Assembly: GCA_965205425.1 (NCBI GenBank)
Contig: CBDBGZ010000009.1
Location: 832,001 to 896,000 of the forward strand
Origin: Nitrosopumilus sp.
Lineage (GTDB): Archaea > Thermoproteota > Nitrososphaeria > Nitrososphaerales > Nitrosopumilaceae
Reading direction: 5' to 3'
Length of the DNA stretch: 64,000 bases
Shown piece after piece: positions 42,115 through 53,124 of the stretch. The notes under the pieces were generated by a model. The model made no database searches. It had not been told where the DNA came from and saw only the letters and a list, made by a program, of their open reading frames with translations. Each line of letters starts with the position of its first letter. Within the stretch, counting starts at the first letter, position 1. The position numbers were made by a program, and so were the translations under genes.

Positions 42115-43404
42115 ATGTCAAAATATATAGGATATGATGGAAATTCTTTGGAATTTCTAAAAACAAATGATATTTCAGTTGGAGATTCTGTAAAAATTTT
42201 AGCTGGTATTACTTATTCAGGAATTATTATGCCAAGATATGAACATAGTGATAACAAACATATCGTTTTAAAATTAAAAAGTGGATACAATATTGGTTTA
42301 GAAATTTCTAAGATTGAAAATGTGGAGAAAAATCCATCTATAGAAAATATTATTGAGAAAAATGAAAATATAGAAAAAAATGAACAGTTACCAAATATTT
42401 TATTATTATCAACTGGAGGCACAATCGCTAGTAAAATTGATTATAGAACAGGTGCTGTTACACCAGTATTAACTGCTGAAGAATTAAATTCTTCTGTTCC
42501 CGAGCTTGCTAAAATTGCAAACATAGATGCAAAAGTTCTGTTTTCTGAATATTCAGAAAATATTATGCCTGAACATTGGTTAAAAATTGCTGAAGAAATT
42601 AATCAATATTCTAAATCAGACTATTCAGGAATTATTATTGCTCATGGTACAGATACCATGCATTACACATCATCGTATCTTTCTTTTTCATTGGCAGGAT
42701 TCCCAATCCCAATAGTGTTAGTCGGTTCACAAAGATCTTCAGATCGTGCATCATCAGATGCAGCACTAAATCTAATTGGAGCTACAAAATTTTTAACTGA
42801 ATGTAAAACAAATGGCATCTACATAGCAATGCACCAAGATGAAAATGATGAAACAATTGCATGTCATATAGGTACTAGAGTAAGAAAAAATCATACAAGT
42901 AAAAGAGGAGCATTTCAAACAGTTGGGGATGATCCTGCATTTTTAATTGTAAATAATGAAATTCACAATAATATGAAAACAGATTTTTTTACAGACAAAA
43001 AATTTGAACCTAAAATAAAAATAAATGAAAAAGTTGTATTGATAAAATATCATCCAGGATATGATCCATCTTTGTTAAAACATATCATAGACTCAAACTA
43101 TAAAGCAATAATTTTTGAAGGAACTGGGCTTGGACATATTGGAGAAAACATGTATTCAATGGTAAAAATGGCAAAGGAGAAAGGCATCTTTATGGGAATG
43201 ACTTCTCAATGTATAGACGGTAGAGTGAGAATGACAGTTTATGAAAGTGGTAGAGATTTACTTGATTTAGGCATAATTCCTCTAGAAAACATGATACCTG
43301 AGATTGCATTAGTGAAAGCAATGTGGATTACTGGGAATACTGAAAATCTTGATGAAATTAAAAAAAATATGTTAAATAGAATTGCATGTGAATTTTCAAA
43401 ATAA
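42115..43404 (+). CDS. gatD: Glu-tRNA(Gln) amidotransferase subunit D
   Basis: STGGTIAS, HGTDT, SQRSSDR; adjacent to gatE. Confidence 0.95.
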   Translation: MSKYIGYDGNSLEFLKTNDISVGDSVKILAGITYSGIIMPRYEHSDNKHIVLKLKSGYNIGLEISKIENVEKNPSIENIIEKNENIEKNEQLPNILLLSTGGTIASKIDYRTGAVTPVLTAEELNSSVPELAKIANIDAKVLFSEYSENIMPEHWLKIAEEINQYSKSDYSGIIIAHGTDTMHYTSSYLSFSLAGFPIPIVLVGSQRSSDRASSDAALNLIGATKFLTECKTNGIYIAMHQDENDETIACHIGTRVRKNHTSKRGAFQTVGDDPAFLIVNNEIHNNMKTDFFTDKKFEPKIKINEKVVLIKYHPGYDPSLLKHIIDSNYKAIIFEGTGLGHIGENMYSMVKMAKEKGIFMGMTSQCIDGRVRMTVYESGRDLLDLGIIPLENMIPEIALVKAMWITGNTENLDEIKKNMLNRIACEFSK

Positions 43405-43416
43405 ACAGGAATCAAT

Positions 43417-45327
43417 ATGGAAAAATTTTCAATTAAAGATGTAGGCGTCAAAGTAGGTTTAGAAATTCACCAACAACTTGCAACAAATAAAAAATTATTC
43501 TGCAATTGTATACCTATTGAATCAGATGAATATTCAATCAAATTTCAAAGGAAATTACGAGCATCTAAAAGTGAATTAGGGGAATTTGATCCTGCAGCAT
43601 TGTTTGAAAGTACAAAGTCTAAAACAATAATGTATTATGCAAATGATGAAAGCAGTTGCTTAGTAGAACAAGATGAAGAACCACCACATGAATTAGATGA
43701 AGATGCAAGAAAAATTGCCCTGGTAATTTCTTCTGCATTAAAATCAAATATTTTTAGTGAAATTTATCCTATGAGAAAAACAGTAATTGATGGTTCTAAT
43801 ACAACAGGATTTCAACGTACTATGTTAATTTCACAGGGGGGATTTTACAATGCTGGAGACATCAAGATCGGTATTCAATCAATTTGTCTAGAAGAAGATG
43901 CTGCCAAAATTTTAGGTGAAGAAGGTTCAACAAGAAAATTTGGTTTGGAACGTTTAGGAGTTCCATTAGTTGAAATTGCAACCGAACCTTTTGAAGTAGA
44001 ATTAACAGAAATTAAAAAAATTGCATTATCATTAGGAAGAATTTTGAGAAGTACAAAAAAAGTGAAAAGGGGTCTAGGATCAATTAGACAGGATGTTAAT
44101 GTTTCAATTAAGGATGGGGATGGCGTTGTAATCGAAGTGAAAGGAGTACAACAATTAGATCAATTAGAAAAAGTTGTTGAATATGAAGCCAAAAGACAAC
44201 ATGGTTTGTTAAAAATCTCAAAAAAAATCCAAGAAAATAATTGGACATATTCTAAAGATGATAAAAAAGATATTACAGAATTATTTTCAAAATGCAAATC
44301 AAAAATTATTCAAAATGCAATAAAGAAAAATCAAAAAATAATTTCAATATCTTTTAAAAACATGGCTGGAATATTCGGATTTTCACCATATGATGGTATC
44401 AGATTAGGAAAAGAAGTAGCAGAATTGGTAAGATTTTTTGGAATAGGGGGAGTATTTCATTCAGATGAATTGCCTAACTATGGAGTGGAAGAATCAGATT
44501 TGGAGGGATTAAAAGAATTTACTGAGATTAAAGAAAATGATGGATTTTTAATTTTAGCATCACCTACAGAAAAAATCCACACTATTGTAGATCAAATTAT
44601 TTTAAGAATTGAACATATTAGAGATCATGGTATCCCAATAGATACTAGATTAGCTACACCAGCAGGAGAAACAAAATTTCTTAGACCAAGACCAGGATCT
44701 GCAAGAATGTATCCTGAAACTGACATTCCTCCAATAATTATTACAAGAGAAGAATTATCTGAAGCTGAAAAAAATATTCCAAAATCATGGGATGATTCTA
44801 TAAAAGAATTGGAAACTAAATATGGAATTAATTCTCAACTTGCCGAACAGATTTTTGATTCACGGTACATTGGATTATTTGAAAAAATTATTGAAGAAAT
44901 TAAGATAAATCCAACATTTGTTACATCAATCCTTTGTTCTTCAATTACAAATTTGGAAAGAAGTGGACTAGACTCTAATTTATTAAAAAATGAAGAGATT
45001 TTCAAATCGTTTCAGTTTTTGGAAGAAGGAAAAATTGCAAAAGAATCTATTGAAATAGTATTTGAAAATATAATGGCTGGAAAATCAAAAATTATTGAAG
45101 AAGCTATGAAAAATGCCTCAATTCAATCTGTAAATGAAGATGATCTAGAAAAAATTATTGAAGAAATTGTAGAGAAAAATGTAGATATCATTAAAAATCA
45201 AAAAGAAAGAGCGATGGGACCATTAATGGGAATTGCTATGAAAGAATTAAGAGGTAAAGCTTCTGGTGAAACAATCAACAATCTTCTTTTAAAAAATATC
45301 AAAAAAAAAATAGAAAATCTAGAATAG
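43417..45327 (+). CDS. gatE: Glu-tRNA(Gln) amidotransferase subunit E
   Basis: GLEIHQQL, DGSNTTGFQRT, RPGSARMYPETD. Confidence 0.96.
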   Translation: MEKFSIKDVGVKVGLEIHQQLATNKKLFCNCIPIESDEYSIKFQRKLRASKSELGEFDPAALFESTKSKTIMYYANDESSCLVEQDEEPPHELDEDARKIALVISSALKSNIFSEIYPMRKTVIDGSNTTGFQRTMLISQGGFYNAGDIKIGIQSICLEEDAAKILGEEGSTRKFGLERLGVPLVEIATEPFEVELTEIKKIALSLGRILRSTKKVKRGLGSIRQDVNVSIKDGDGVVIEVKGVQQLDQLEKVVEYEAKRQHGLLKISKKIQENNWTYSKDDKKDITELFSKCKSKIIQNAIKKNQKIISISFKNMAGIFGFSPYDGIRLGKEVAELVRFFGIGGVFHSDELPNYGVEESDLEGLKEFTEIKENDGFLILASPTEKIHTIVDQIILRIEHIRDHGIPIDTRLATPAGETKFLRPRPGSARMYPETDIPPIIITREELSEAEKNIPKSWDDSIKELETKYGINSQLAEQIFDSRYIGLFEKIIEEIKINPTFVTSILCSSITNLERSGLDSNLLKNEEIFKSFQFLEEGKIAKESIEIVFENIMAGKSKIIEEAMKNASIQSVNEDDLEKIIEEIVEKNVDIIKNQKERAMGPLMGIAMKELRGKASGETINNLLLKNIKKKIENLE

Positions 45328-45331
45328 GTAA

Positions 45332-45350
45332 TGCGGGAAGTGGGATTTGA
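45332..45350 (-). other. 3'-end fragment of a tRNA (Leu-like); probable att site of an integrated element
   Basis: Minus strand TCAAATCCCACTTCCCGCA matches a T-loop, 3' T-stem, acceptor strand and discriminator A; the rest of the tRNA is absent. Confidence 0.65.
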
Positions 45351-45355
45351 GATTT

Positions 45356-46674
45356 CAGTAGATGGGAAAGTAACTCAAGTTACACATTCTAGAAAATAAT
45401 TATTTTTGTTATTTCTAAAGTAATGAATAATTATCTTTACAAAGAAATATTTGAGAATTTCAATTGATATTATTGGTTTGTGATTTTGTACATTAGTTTC
45501 TTCTGAGATAATCAAATTAGCAATTATCCATGCATTGTACAAAATCAAGGAATAGTAAAAATACAACAATCTTATGGATTGGTTTGAACTGGTGGTTTTT
45601 GGTCTGAACCTTCCCACACATGCATAACCTGTTTCAATCCCCCAACGTTTCTTGTAATCAGTTGGAATGTTTTGTATGTTATATGATATTTCTTTTGGTG
45701 AAACGTTTGTTGCAAACACAACATACTGATCAATAATATCTGATTTTTTTCTTGCATTTTTGTTTGGTAGAATAACTAGATTAAATGATTCTACATGTCC
45801 TGATGATGATTTTATTGTGTATGGCGAGATTGACTTTCTATCTCCATTAACGTATTGTACAATTGCATCTTTGATTCGAGAATTCTTTTTTGCAGGCATT
45901 AGAAATTTTAAATTCCTTTGTTTTATTTCTGAAATTGTTCCAGCTGTGAAAAACTCCCTATCCACTAGCAATAGTTTAATCTTGATTCCATTATTGATGC
46001 CATCAGAGAGTAATTTACGCACAAAATCGGCATTTGATATGTTGTCATACAAAGGATAACAACCTAATTGAGCCCTGATTCTTTTTTCAACGCACTGCAT
46101 GGTGCAGTAACTCTCAAAATGAGTAGTACTGTTTTTAGATTTTGATTTTATTAAAGAATGGTTTGGCAATTTGTCATATCTTGGGATTAGATGTTTGTCA
46201 ATTGCCACAGTAACTGGTTGCTCCAATACTCCCAATTCTTGTAATTTTGATATGGTACTATCCAGTGAACGATGTAATTGAATTTGCATTGTTTTTTGTG
46301 ATATTTTTGATATAATTTTTCTCAACCATGAAACCCGTTGGAGAATGATTCTGGGATTCCATTGCCAGTCTCTTTAATCCAGATTCAGAATATGAATTTC
46401 CCAAACACAATGACATGATAGAATTGTGTGCATCAGCATTGTGGAACCGTGAGTTATTTTTACTAGAGCATGGAAACAACAAGATATTGTACATTATTTT
46501 AGTGATAATCTCAAATGCTTTTGATAGTATCACGCCTTGGTGTGTCATGGTATCAAATGAAGTACAATGCATATTTGATGGAGTGACATACTTACATCAA
46601 GCTTTTTCTATCTGAATAATTTGAGAAAATGATCGTTATTTTTTGATCCGAATTGAGCACTTTCCTATCTACTG
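45356..46674 (-). mobile_element. ISH3-like (IS4 superfamily) element, copy 1; transposase split into 46258-46572 and 45375-46325
   Basis: IRs CAGTAGATGGGAAAGTAACTCAA / TTGAGCACTTTCCTATCTACTG; VAID, LLVDREF, YKKRWGIETGY motifs. Confidence 0.85.
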
Positions 46675-46807
46675 TTCCTGAGACATGGTTGATGTTTTTC
46701 CACTTACATCGTGGACAAATCCGTTTTCCTTGCCATCTTTTGTGTCGAAAATAGACCCTACTTTTCGTCACACTATTTGCCAGTTTGATCGGATCAACAT
46801 CAGGCAC
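46675..46807 (-). pseudogene. N-terminal remnant of an IS1595-like transposase truncated by ISH3
   Basis: RWQGKRICPRC zinc-ribbon start; the ORF runs into the ISH3 IR. Confidence 0.55.
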
Positions 46808-46875
46808 AACTTAGGCATGAACAATTTAGAAATATTTCTTGTTATCTGTTCCAACTAAGGGGGTATTACCTTATT

Positions 46876-47157
46876 TTATGATGTATTTTCATTTGTAATG
46901 TAATCTATTGCTTTCATGATATCATTATCTGATTCTATCAGAGCAATCATAGATTCATCATAAGATGCATTAGTTACATCCGTTACTGATTGTATATCTT
47001 TTTCACTCGGAGGCAACGATATGTATCCAGAGAATGGTTCCTCATAACCCCCACCTTTCCAACCACTTGGATTGTTTTGTTGAAAAGAGAGAGAAACACC
47101 AATAATAATAATTAGTGAAATTATAATAATGAATTTTTTAGAATTAAAAAAAGTCAT
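46876..47157 (-). CDS. Small membrane-anchored protein, partner of 47161-48051 (putative immunity)
   Basis: N-terminal TM segment; starts 3 bp after the upstream stop. Confidence 0.6.
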   Translation of the reverse strand: MTFFNSKKFIIIISLIIIIGVSLSFQQNNPSGWKGGGYEEPFSGYISLPPSEKDIQSVTDVTNASYDESMIALIESDNDIMKAIDYITNENTS

Positions 47158-47160
47158 TGT

Positions 47161-48051
47161 TTAATCTATAAACAATGTATGGTATATGACGTTTCCAGAA
47201 TTAGAGTATTGAGAATTACAAATTGACCAATAATGAGTTTTCGATGGTGAAAAATTGAATGTATTTTCATCATGGCAACTATCAACCCAATCAGAATGAC
47301 TTTGTATAGAAATCCAACTTCCTATATCTATACCTGATTGATATGAATCACTAATATTTTTCACTTTATGATATGGTATTACTTGACCATACCATGCTTC
47401 ATTACCTAAAGTGTATTGTGCGGACCATAATTCTCCATAATCCATATTTTTATTGTATGTTGTTGATGTACATAACAAGAGACCATTATGACACCAGAAT
47501 TTTTGATAGATCGTGGATTTAAATGGGTCTCCAGATACAAATGTAATCTTACTTGATCCATCATCATATGTTATTTGTCTTATGTTGTCATTTTTTTCTC
47601 TTTTGATTTCATTTCTTTCAGAAGAGTTTGCAGTTCTATCTAATTCTAAATCCCAGAAATACGGATCTAATTTATAGGCATCAGCTAATACAATGCCTAC
47701 TTCTAGTAACCTTTCTTGTTTTTCATCAAGTTGTTCCTTTAGTTGTTGTTTTTCATTGCCATCATCAGAGTTTCTAATTTGCTCTAATATTTCCAATACT
47801 TGATTTGCATATAGGTCTTGATATTTTGGTTGTACTAATTCAATTACTTCACTATTTATCATGGAATTAATAACTCTGATTTTAATATCATCAGATGTGT
47901 TATTATCACCAAAAATATTGTTGTATTGATGAATTAGTAGTTCATCATCTATTACTGATGCCTCTGCATAATTTATCATACTAAATGGCAGAATCATTGT
48001 AGCAATCAAGCCAGCAAAAAGTATTGTCTGTACTTTTTTATCATTTTTCAT
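47161..48051 (-). CDS. Secreted protein A: shared signal peptide, acidic pro-region, unique Cys/Trp-containing C-terminal domain
   Basis: MKNDKKVQTILFAGLIATMILPFSMINYAEA signal peptide. Confidence 0.7.
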   Translation of the reverse strand: MKNDKKVQTILFAGLIATMILPFSMINYAEASVIDDELLIHQYNNIFGDNNTSDDIKIRVINSMINSEVIELVQPKYQDLYANQVLEILEQIRNSDDGNEKQQLKEQLDEKQERLLEVGIVLADAYKLDPYFWDLELDRTANSSERNEIKREKNDNIRQITYDDGSSKITFVSGDPFKSTIYQKFWCHNGLLLCTSTTYNKNMDYGELWSAQYTLGNEAWYGQVIPYHKVKNISDSYQSGIDIGSWISIQSHSDWVDSCHDENTFNFSPSKTHYWSICNSQYSNSGNVIYHTLFID

Positions 48052-48447
48052 GTTATTGTTACATCGCAAAAATTATTCCAATATAAAGATAACATGAGAC
48101 TTGGCATAATTATTTACAAAAAACAAAACCAAAAAATAATTATTATCAAATTGATTTTGTTTTAATCAACATAATCTAATGTATATTCAATATGACTTTA
48201 CAATTCCATGATATTATTCCATCATAGAAAGTGGGATAAAGTAATATGGATTATATGTTAGGATTTTACCGTATTAAATAATAACATGAAAAATTTAACA
48301 AAAAAGACACAAACAATTTTGTTTGCAGGAATAATTACTGCAATGATTCTACCGTTTAGTATGATGGATTTTGCAGATGCTCAGAATGGACCAGGTGAGG
48401 ATTCTACAGATGAGGTAGGACCAGTTGGAGTTGTTGATGAACTAACA
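48026..48447 (+). repeat. Roughly 420-bp direct repeat, copy 1 (bidirectional intergenic region plus both gene starts); copy 2 at about 51930-52352
   Basis: Near-identical by visual alignment. Confidence 0.9.
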
Positions 48448-49209
48448 AAACAAGAGTTCAAAGAGGATATTCGAGAATTAATAGATGATGCAGATACAAA
48501 AGATTTTCAAGCAAAATCTAATGAAATCAAGGCAGAATATGACGAGTTCTTTAGTACTGTAATTGAACAAGCCCGTGTGGATTCAGAAACTAGAAACCTG
48601 ACTGATGTAGAGATTGCAGCTGTAAAAAATTATATCTTTGATGAAACAATAAAAGACGAGAAACTAAAAACATTACAAGAGTCAGATTATGCAGATAGGA
48701 TAGATGTTAGTTTTCTAGATTGGTTTGGTATTCAGACTGCAAGTGCCGCATGTTCAAGTACTACAAATCCAACATACAAACAACTACGTCTAGACATTGA
48801 TGGCGGCATACACAACGGCAATGCATACAATGGCGATAATGACTTGTATCTTGTATTATACCAAGACAGCCCTGGAACCTGTGAAAGAACATATATTTTG
48901 TCTTTTCTAGATGAGGATCATCCTTATTTGGATTCATTTTACGATAGTGTACGATTCTTCATGTTCAACAGAACATTTGATATCGAGTCATTTGTAATTA
49001 AGAACAACAACCAAATAATATTTGGCGATACGTGGAGTTCTTCAAATAGTTATGATTGTACTCGTGGTTCACTTGATCCTAGAGGATGTCATTTTACAAC
49101 AACTAAATCATACACACCTGGTCAAACAATCTATGTCAGTAACACTTGGAACCATATGATGGATACGTCTGACACAAACAGATCTCTATCCAAGGTCTCA
49201 GTACCTTAA
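48286..49209 (+). CDS. Secreted protein B (paralog of 51047-51955)
   Basis: Signal peptide ...FADA, acidic pro-region, ASA-ACSS, C-terminal domain with DEDHP, DIE and SNTWNHMMD. Confidence 0.75.
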   Translation: MKNLTKKTQTILFAGIITAMILPFSMMDFADAQNGPGEDSTDEVGPVGVVDELTKQEFKEDIRELIDDADTKDFQAKSNEIKAEYDEFFSTVIEQARVDSETRNLTDVEIAAVKNYIFDETIKDEKLKTLQESDYADRIDVSFLDWFGIQTASAACSSTTNPTYKQLRLDIDGGIHNGNAYNGDNDLYLVLYQDSPGTCERTYILSFLDEDHPYLDSFYDSVRFFMFNRTFDIESFVIKNNNQIIFGDTWSSSNSYDCTRGSLDPRGCHFTTTKSYTPGQTIYVSNTWNHMMDTSDTNRSLSKVSVP

Positions 49210-49220
49210 TCTTTTTTCTT

Positions 49221-49511
49221 TTGATTATGAGAAAGTTAACACTCTATGTGGGGTTACCTTCATATGGGTTATTGATTTTTTTTATTCCAGGCTTTGTGCC
49301 TGACTTTCATATTATATGGTATTTTAATCCGGTTGTGTTGATGATGAATGTTATTATTATCGGGTTAGATGATGCAAATAGAGGCCTACAAATTAGTAGT
49401 GATATAATGGTAAGTGTAATTGTGATCGGTAACATTTCTTTTTGGCTCACTATTGCATATTATATTAATAGATTTTTAGATAATCGCAGAAAAAGATTAG
49501 AATTAAAGTAG
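49221..49511 (+). CDS. Small 2-3 TM protein, partner of B (putative immunity)
   Basis: Hydrophobic; paralog of 50745-51041. Confidence 0.65.
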   Translation: MIMRKLTLYVGLPSYGLLIFFIPGFVPDFHIIWYFNPVVLMMNVIIIGLDDANRGLQISSDIMVSVIVIGNISFWLTIAYYINRFLDNRRKRLELK

Positions 49512-49521
49512 AATATATGTA

Positions 49522-50607
49522 TAGCGACGATCAAAAGTTCGCAAACATCTTTGCGGGATTTCTAAAGATATAATTTGCAACATCAAGCTTGAATTTTGTC
49601 ACTCTGAAATATTTTGACACTGCCTTGTTCATCATTGTAAACATTGCATAATACTCTGAAACCAACAATGCATACTTGCTTATCTTCCAGCACTGCTCTA
49701 TCATGTTCTTCAAGTATGGTGATCCCTTTGGCAACCAGATTAGTTTGACATCTCTATTGTTTGCAAGGTATTCCTTTACCTTCTTTGATTTGTGAACTGA
49801 TGCTCTATCTAAAATGATTGCAATCTTGCCGTATTTCCAGTGTAACTCCTTTAGGTACTCTACAAATGTTACAGCATTGAATTTGTCATAAACTCTAAAC
49901 AGTTGATTACCATTTTCTGTAATTGTACCATACACTGCCAGACTCTCATGTCGTCCTGTATATGGAAGAAATATTCTCTTTGCAACTGGTGACCAGTACT
50001 TTTTTCCTGTTTTTGTATCCCTTACAAAGAATGCTTCATCAGCCATTGCAATTACAAATCCTTTCTTTTTTAGGCGTGAAATTCTCTTTTTGGTGCGTTG
50101 CTGCCAGCTTCTCACAGCAGATATACTTGCATGGTTGATGTGATATTTTTGTGCAGTTTTTGCAGACATGCCGTATTGGTGCATTATCTTTCTGATGTGG
50201 GTTATGTGAAATTTTACTCCAGTGGAATAAAAGATACTTTGTTGCAACATTATGGGGGTAAACAAAGTTAGCATTGCTTTTGACATGATAGCATCCATTC
50301 GAGTCTGGGAGATTGTTCTTGGCCTGCCACTTCTTGGGTGGTCGTAGAGGCCATCTATCTCAAAACGACTCACCCATTTTCTCACCCAGCTTGTGCAGTG
50401 GTGTAATGTCTTTGCAGTGCACTGTATGTCCTTTCCATCCTTTAGAATCATCAACACTGCAAGCATCCTTACTGCAACCTTGGAGTTTTCTTTTTTGTAT
50501 GCTGCTTTCAAGTGATTCTAACTTGTTCATCAAATTTTACCATACATAGTGATCAAAAAGTTTTTTGTTTTGGAATAATTTAGTTCACGAACTTTATCTT
50601 TTCGCTA
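49522..50607 (-). mobile_element. IS630-family element (transposase 49531-50511)
   Basis: IRs TAGCGACGATCAAAAGTTCG / CGAACTTTATCTTTTCGCTA flanked by TA; DEA, ILDRASVH, LPKGSP..N.IE..W motifs. Confidence 0.88.
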
Positions 50608-50744
50608 TAACTCTGTTATTTCTAATTTATTTTTTAATATTTTTAATCTATTTGCAATACTTGTTCTTAGTTTTTTTGAAACGATTCTTGGGCATCACAA
50701 ACATCAAAAGTAGTTGAATTTATTTATCTGTGCAATAACCTATT

Positions 50745-51041
50745 CTACTTTAATTCTAATTTTTTTCTGCGATTATCTAAAAATCTATTAATATAATGTG
50801 CAATAGGGAGCCAAAAAATAAGATTAGATGCAAGGATTGTGATAAAGTTTGCAATCTCACCAGACAGATAACGTGGACCATCATCTATCGCCATAACGAC
50901 AAAAGTCATTAGATATACCACTGGATTAAAAATCACATTAGTATGATAATTCATTGGAAGTCCTACCAAATATGTACCATAGAAAGTTAAAAGACCATAA
51001 AATGGCAAACCAATGTAAAGTGCTAATTTCCTTATAGTCAA
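50745..51041 (-). CDS. Small 2-3 TM protein, partner of C (putative immunity)
   Basis: Shares RKLxLYxGLP start and YINRFLDNRRKxLELK end with 49221-49511. Confidence 0.65.
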   Translation of the reverse strand: MTIRKLALYIGLPFYGLLTFYGTYLVGLPMNYHTNVIFNPVVYLMTFVVMAIDDGPRYLSGEIANFITILASNLIFWLPIAHYINRFLDNRRKKLELK

Positions 51042-51046
51042 AAAGA

Positions 51047-51955
51047 TTAAGGTACTGAGACCTTAGATAGGGATCTGTTTGTGTCAGATATATCCATCAT
51101 ATGATTCCAAGTATTGCTGACATAGATTATTTGACCCGGTGTGTATGGCTTTGTTGTGGTTGCATGACAATAGATAGTTGTACATAGATAATCCCAAGAA
51201 TTACTCCATGTATTATCAAATTCTATCTGATTATTGTTCTTGATGGTAAATATTTCTATATCGTGTATTCTATCATACATGATTATTCTGACTCGGTCAT
51301 ATGCGGCATCCAAAGTTGGGTGATCTTCATCATAGAAATATAAAGAGTACGTTCTTTCACAATCTACAGAATTATCATTATATGAGACAAGATACAAATC
51401 ATTATCCCCATTGAAATGATATAACCAACCAATAGAGCCGCCATCAATGTCTAGACGTAGTTGTTTGTATGTTGGATTTGTAGTACTTGAACATGCGGCA
51501 CTTGCACTAGGAATTCCAAACCAATCTAGAAAACTAACATCTATCCTATCTGCATAATTTGACTCTTGTAATGCTTTTAGTTTTACATCTTTGATTGTTT
51601 CATCAAAGATGTATTTTTTTACATTTATAATTTCAGCATTAGTCAGGTTTCTAGTTTCTGAATCCACACGGGCTTGTTCAATTACAGTACTAAAGAACTC
51701 GTCATATTCTGCCTTGATTTCATTAGATTTTGCTTGAAAATCTTCTGTATCTATACCATCTAACAGTTCTCTGATATCATCTTTGAACTCTTGTTTTGTT
51801 AGTTCATCAACAACTCCAACTGGTCCTACCTCATCTGTAGAATCCTCACCTGGTCCATTCTGAGCATCTGCAAAATCCATCATACTAAACGGTAGAATCA
51901 TTGCAGTAATTATTCCTGCAAACAATACAGTCTGTACTTTTTTATCATTTTTCAT
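51047..51955 (-). CDS. Secreted protein C (paralog of B with a diverged central C-terminal domain)
   Basis: First ~170 aa nearly identical to B; C-terminal YVSNTWNHMMD.SDTNRSLSKVSVP conserved. Confidence 0.75.
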   Translation of the reverse strand: MKNDKKVQTVLFAGIITAMILPFSMMDFADAQNGPGEDSTDEVGPVGVVDELTKQEFKDDIRELLDGIDTEDFQAKSNEIKAEYDEFFSTVIEQARVDSETRNLTNAEIINVKKYIFDETIKDVKLKALQESNYADRIDVSFLDWFGIPSASAACSSTTNPTYKQLRLDIDGGSIGWLYHFNGDNDLYLVSYNDNSVDCERTYSLYFYDEDHPTLDAAYDRVRIIMYDRIHDIEIFTIKNNNQIEFDNTWSNSWDYLCTTIYCHATTTKPYTPGQIIYVSNTWNHMMDISDTNRSLSKVSVP

Positions 51956-52352
51956 GTTATTGTCACATCGCAAAAATTATTCCAATATAAAGATAACTTA
52001 GACATGGGCATAATCAATTACAAAAAACAAAACCAAAAAATAATTATTATCAAATTGATTTTGTTTTAATCAACATAATCTAATGTATATTCAATATGAC
52101 TTTACAATTCCATGATATTATTCCATCATAGAAAGTGGGATAAAGTAATATGGATTATATGTTAGGATTTTACCGTATTAAATAATAACATGAAAAATTT
52201 AACAAAAAAGACACAAACAATTTTGTTTGCAGGAATAATTACTGCAATGATTCCTGCCCTTTAGTACGATGAATGTCGTAGATGCTCAGAATGTCCTAGG
52301 AGAGGATTCTACAGATGAGGTAGGACCAGTTGGAGTTGTTGATGAATTAACA
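51930..52352 (+). repeat. Roughly 420-bp direct repeat, copy 2
   Basis: Matches 48026-48447. Confidence 0.9.
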
Positions 52353-53117
52353 GTACTAGATTCTGTATTAGATGACTATTTAGAGGAATTAGAAGTTGAA
52401 CAAGATGTAGAATATACAGAATATTTGGATACTGCAATTACTAGATTAGAAATTGCAAAAGCAATGATGCAGGTTTCAAAAAATTCTACTGATATTGCAA
52501 TGAAATATCAAAACCACACTGTTCTAGAACTGCTTGTCCTTCTTGATCAAACATATGGACCTGAGGATTATCCTGCAACTAACAGTGATAACAATTCAAC
52601 ACATACAAACATAGACATGCTAACTGAAAATAATCATGTATCTGGACTTTATTTTGTTAGTCATAGTACGCCAGAAGTTGATGTGTTGAATTACAACAAC
52701 CATCACCAAAAACAATATGATTGTATGGACAGAATAACCCTTACAGGTAAATCTTTATCTGTCTTAACATCATACTCAGACAACACTGCAACGATTACTG
52801 GTACATTTGATTATCCAGAAGATATGGATAAAAATATCAGAGAACGAAGAAGTAATGAATGCTTGAGTTTTGAACACGATGAAACAGTAAAACGACATGA
52901 TGTTATGATATCCCTTGATCCTAGAGAAATAATACGAGCTCAAGTGTGTACTTTGACGGAATCTAATCCTTTGGATTCTGACTTGGTAAGTTGCAATGCT
53001 TTTGGTGCAAATAGATTGACTGTAATTACGACAATTAACACGTATGATGGAGTTGATTCATCTAAAATAACCTCGCTTGGGAGTACAATGGTAACACTGT
53101 TGTTTACTGCGCCATAA
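52190..53117 (+). pseudogene. Secreted protein D with a 1-bp insertion in the signal peptide (~52253); downstream frame is ORF 52269-53117
   Basis: ATG 52190 MKNLTKKTQTILFAGIITAMI then ATT-C-CTG-CCC-TTT-AGT versus ATT-CTA-CCG-TTT-AGT in B; unique C-terminus. Confidence 0.7.
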
Positions 53118-53124
53118 TTTTTTC

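Noticed and set aside
45332..45350. Complete tRNA gene
   Set aside because: Only the 3' 19 nt are present; no D arm or anticodon arm follows.
50610..50740. Possible IS end remnant between IS630 and the small gene
   Set aside because: Too short and no partner IR or coding motif could be confirmed.
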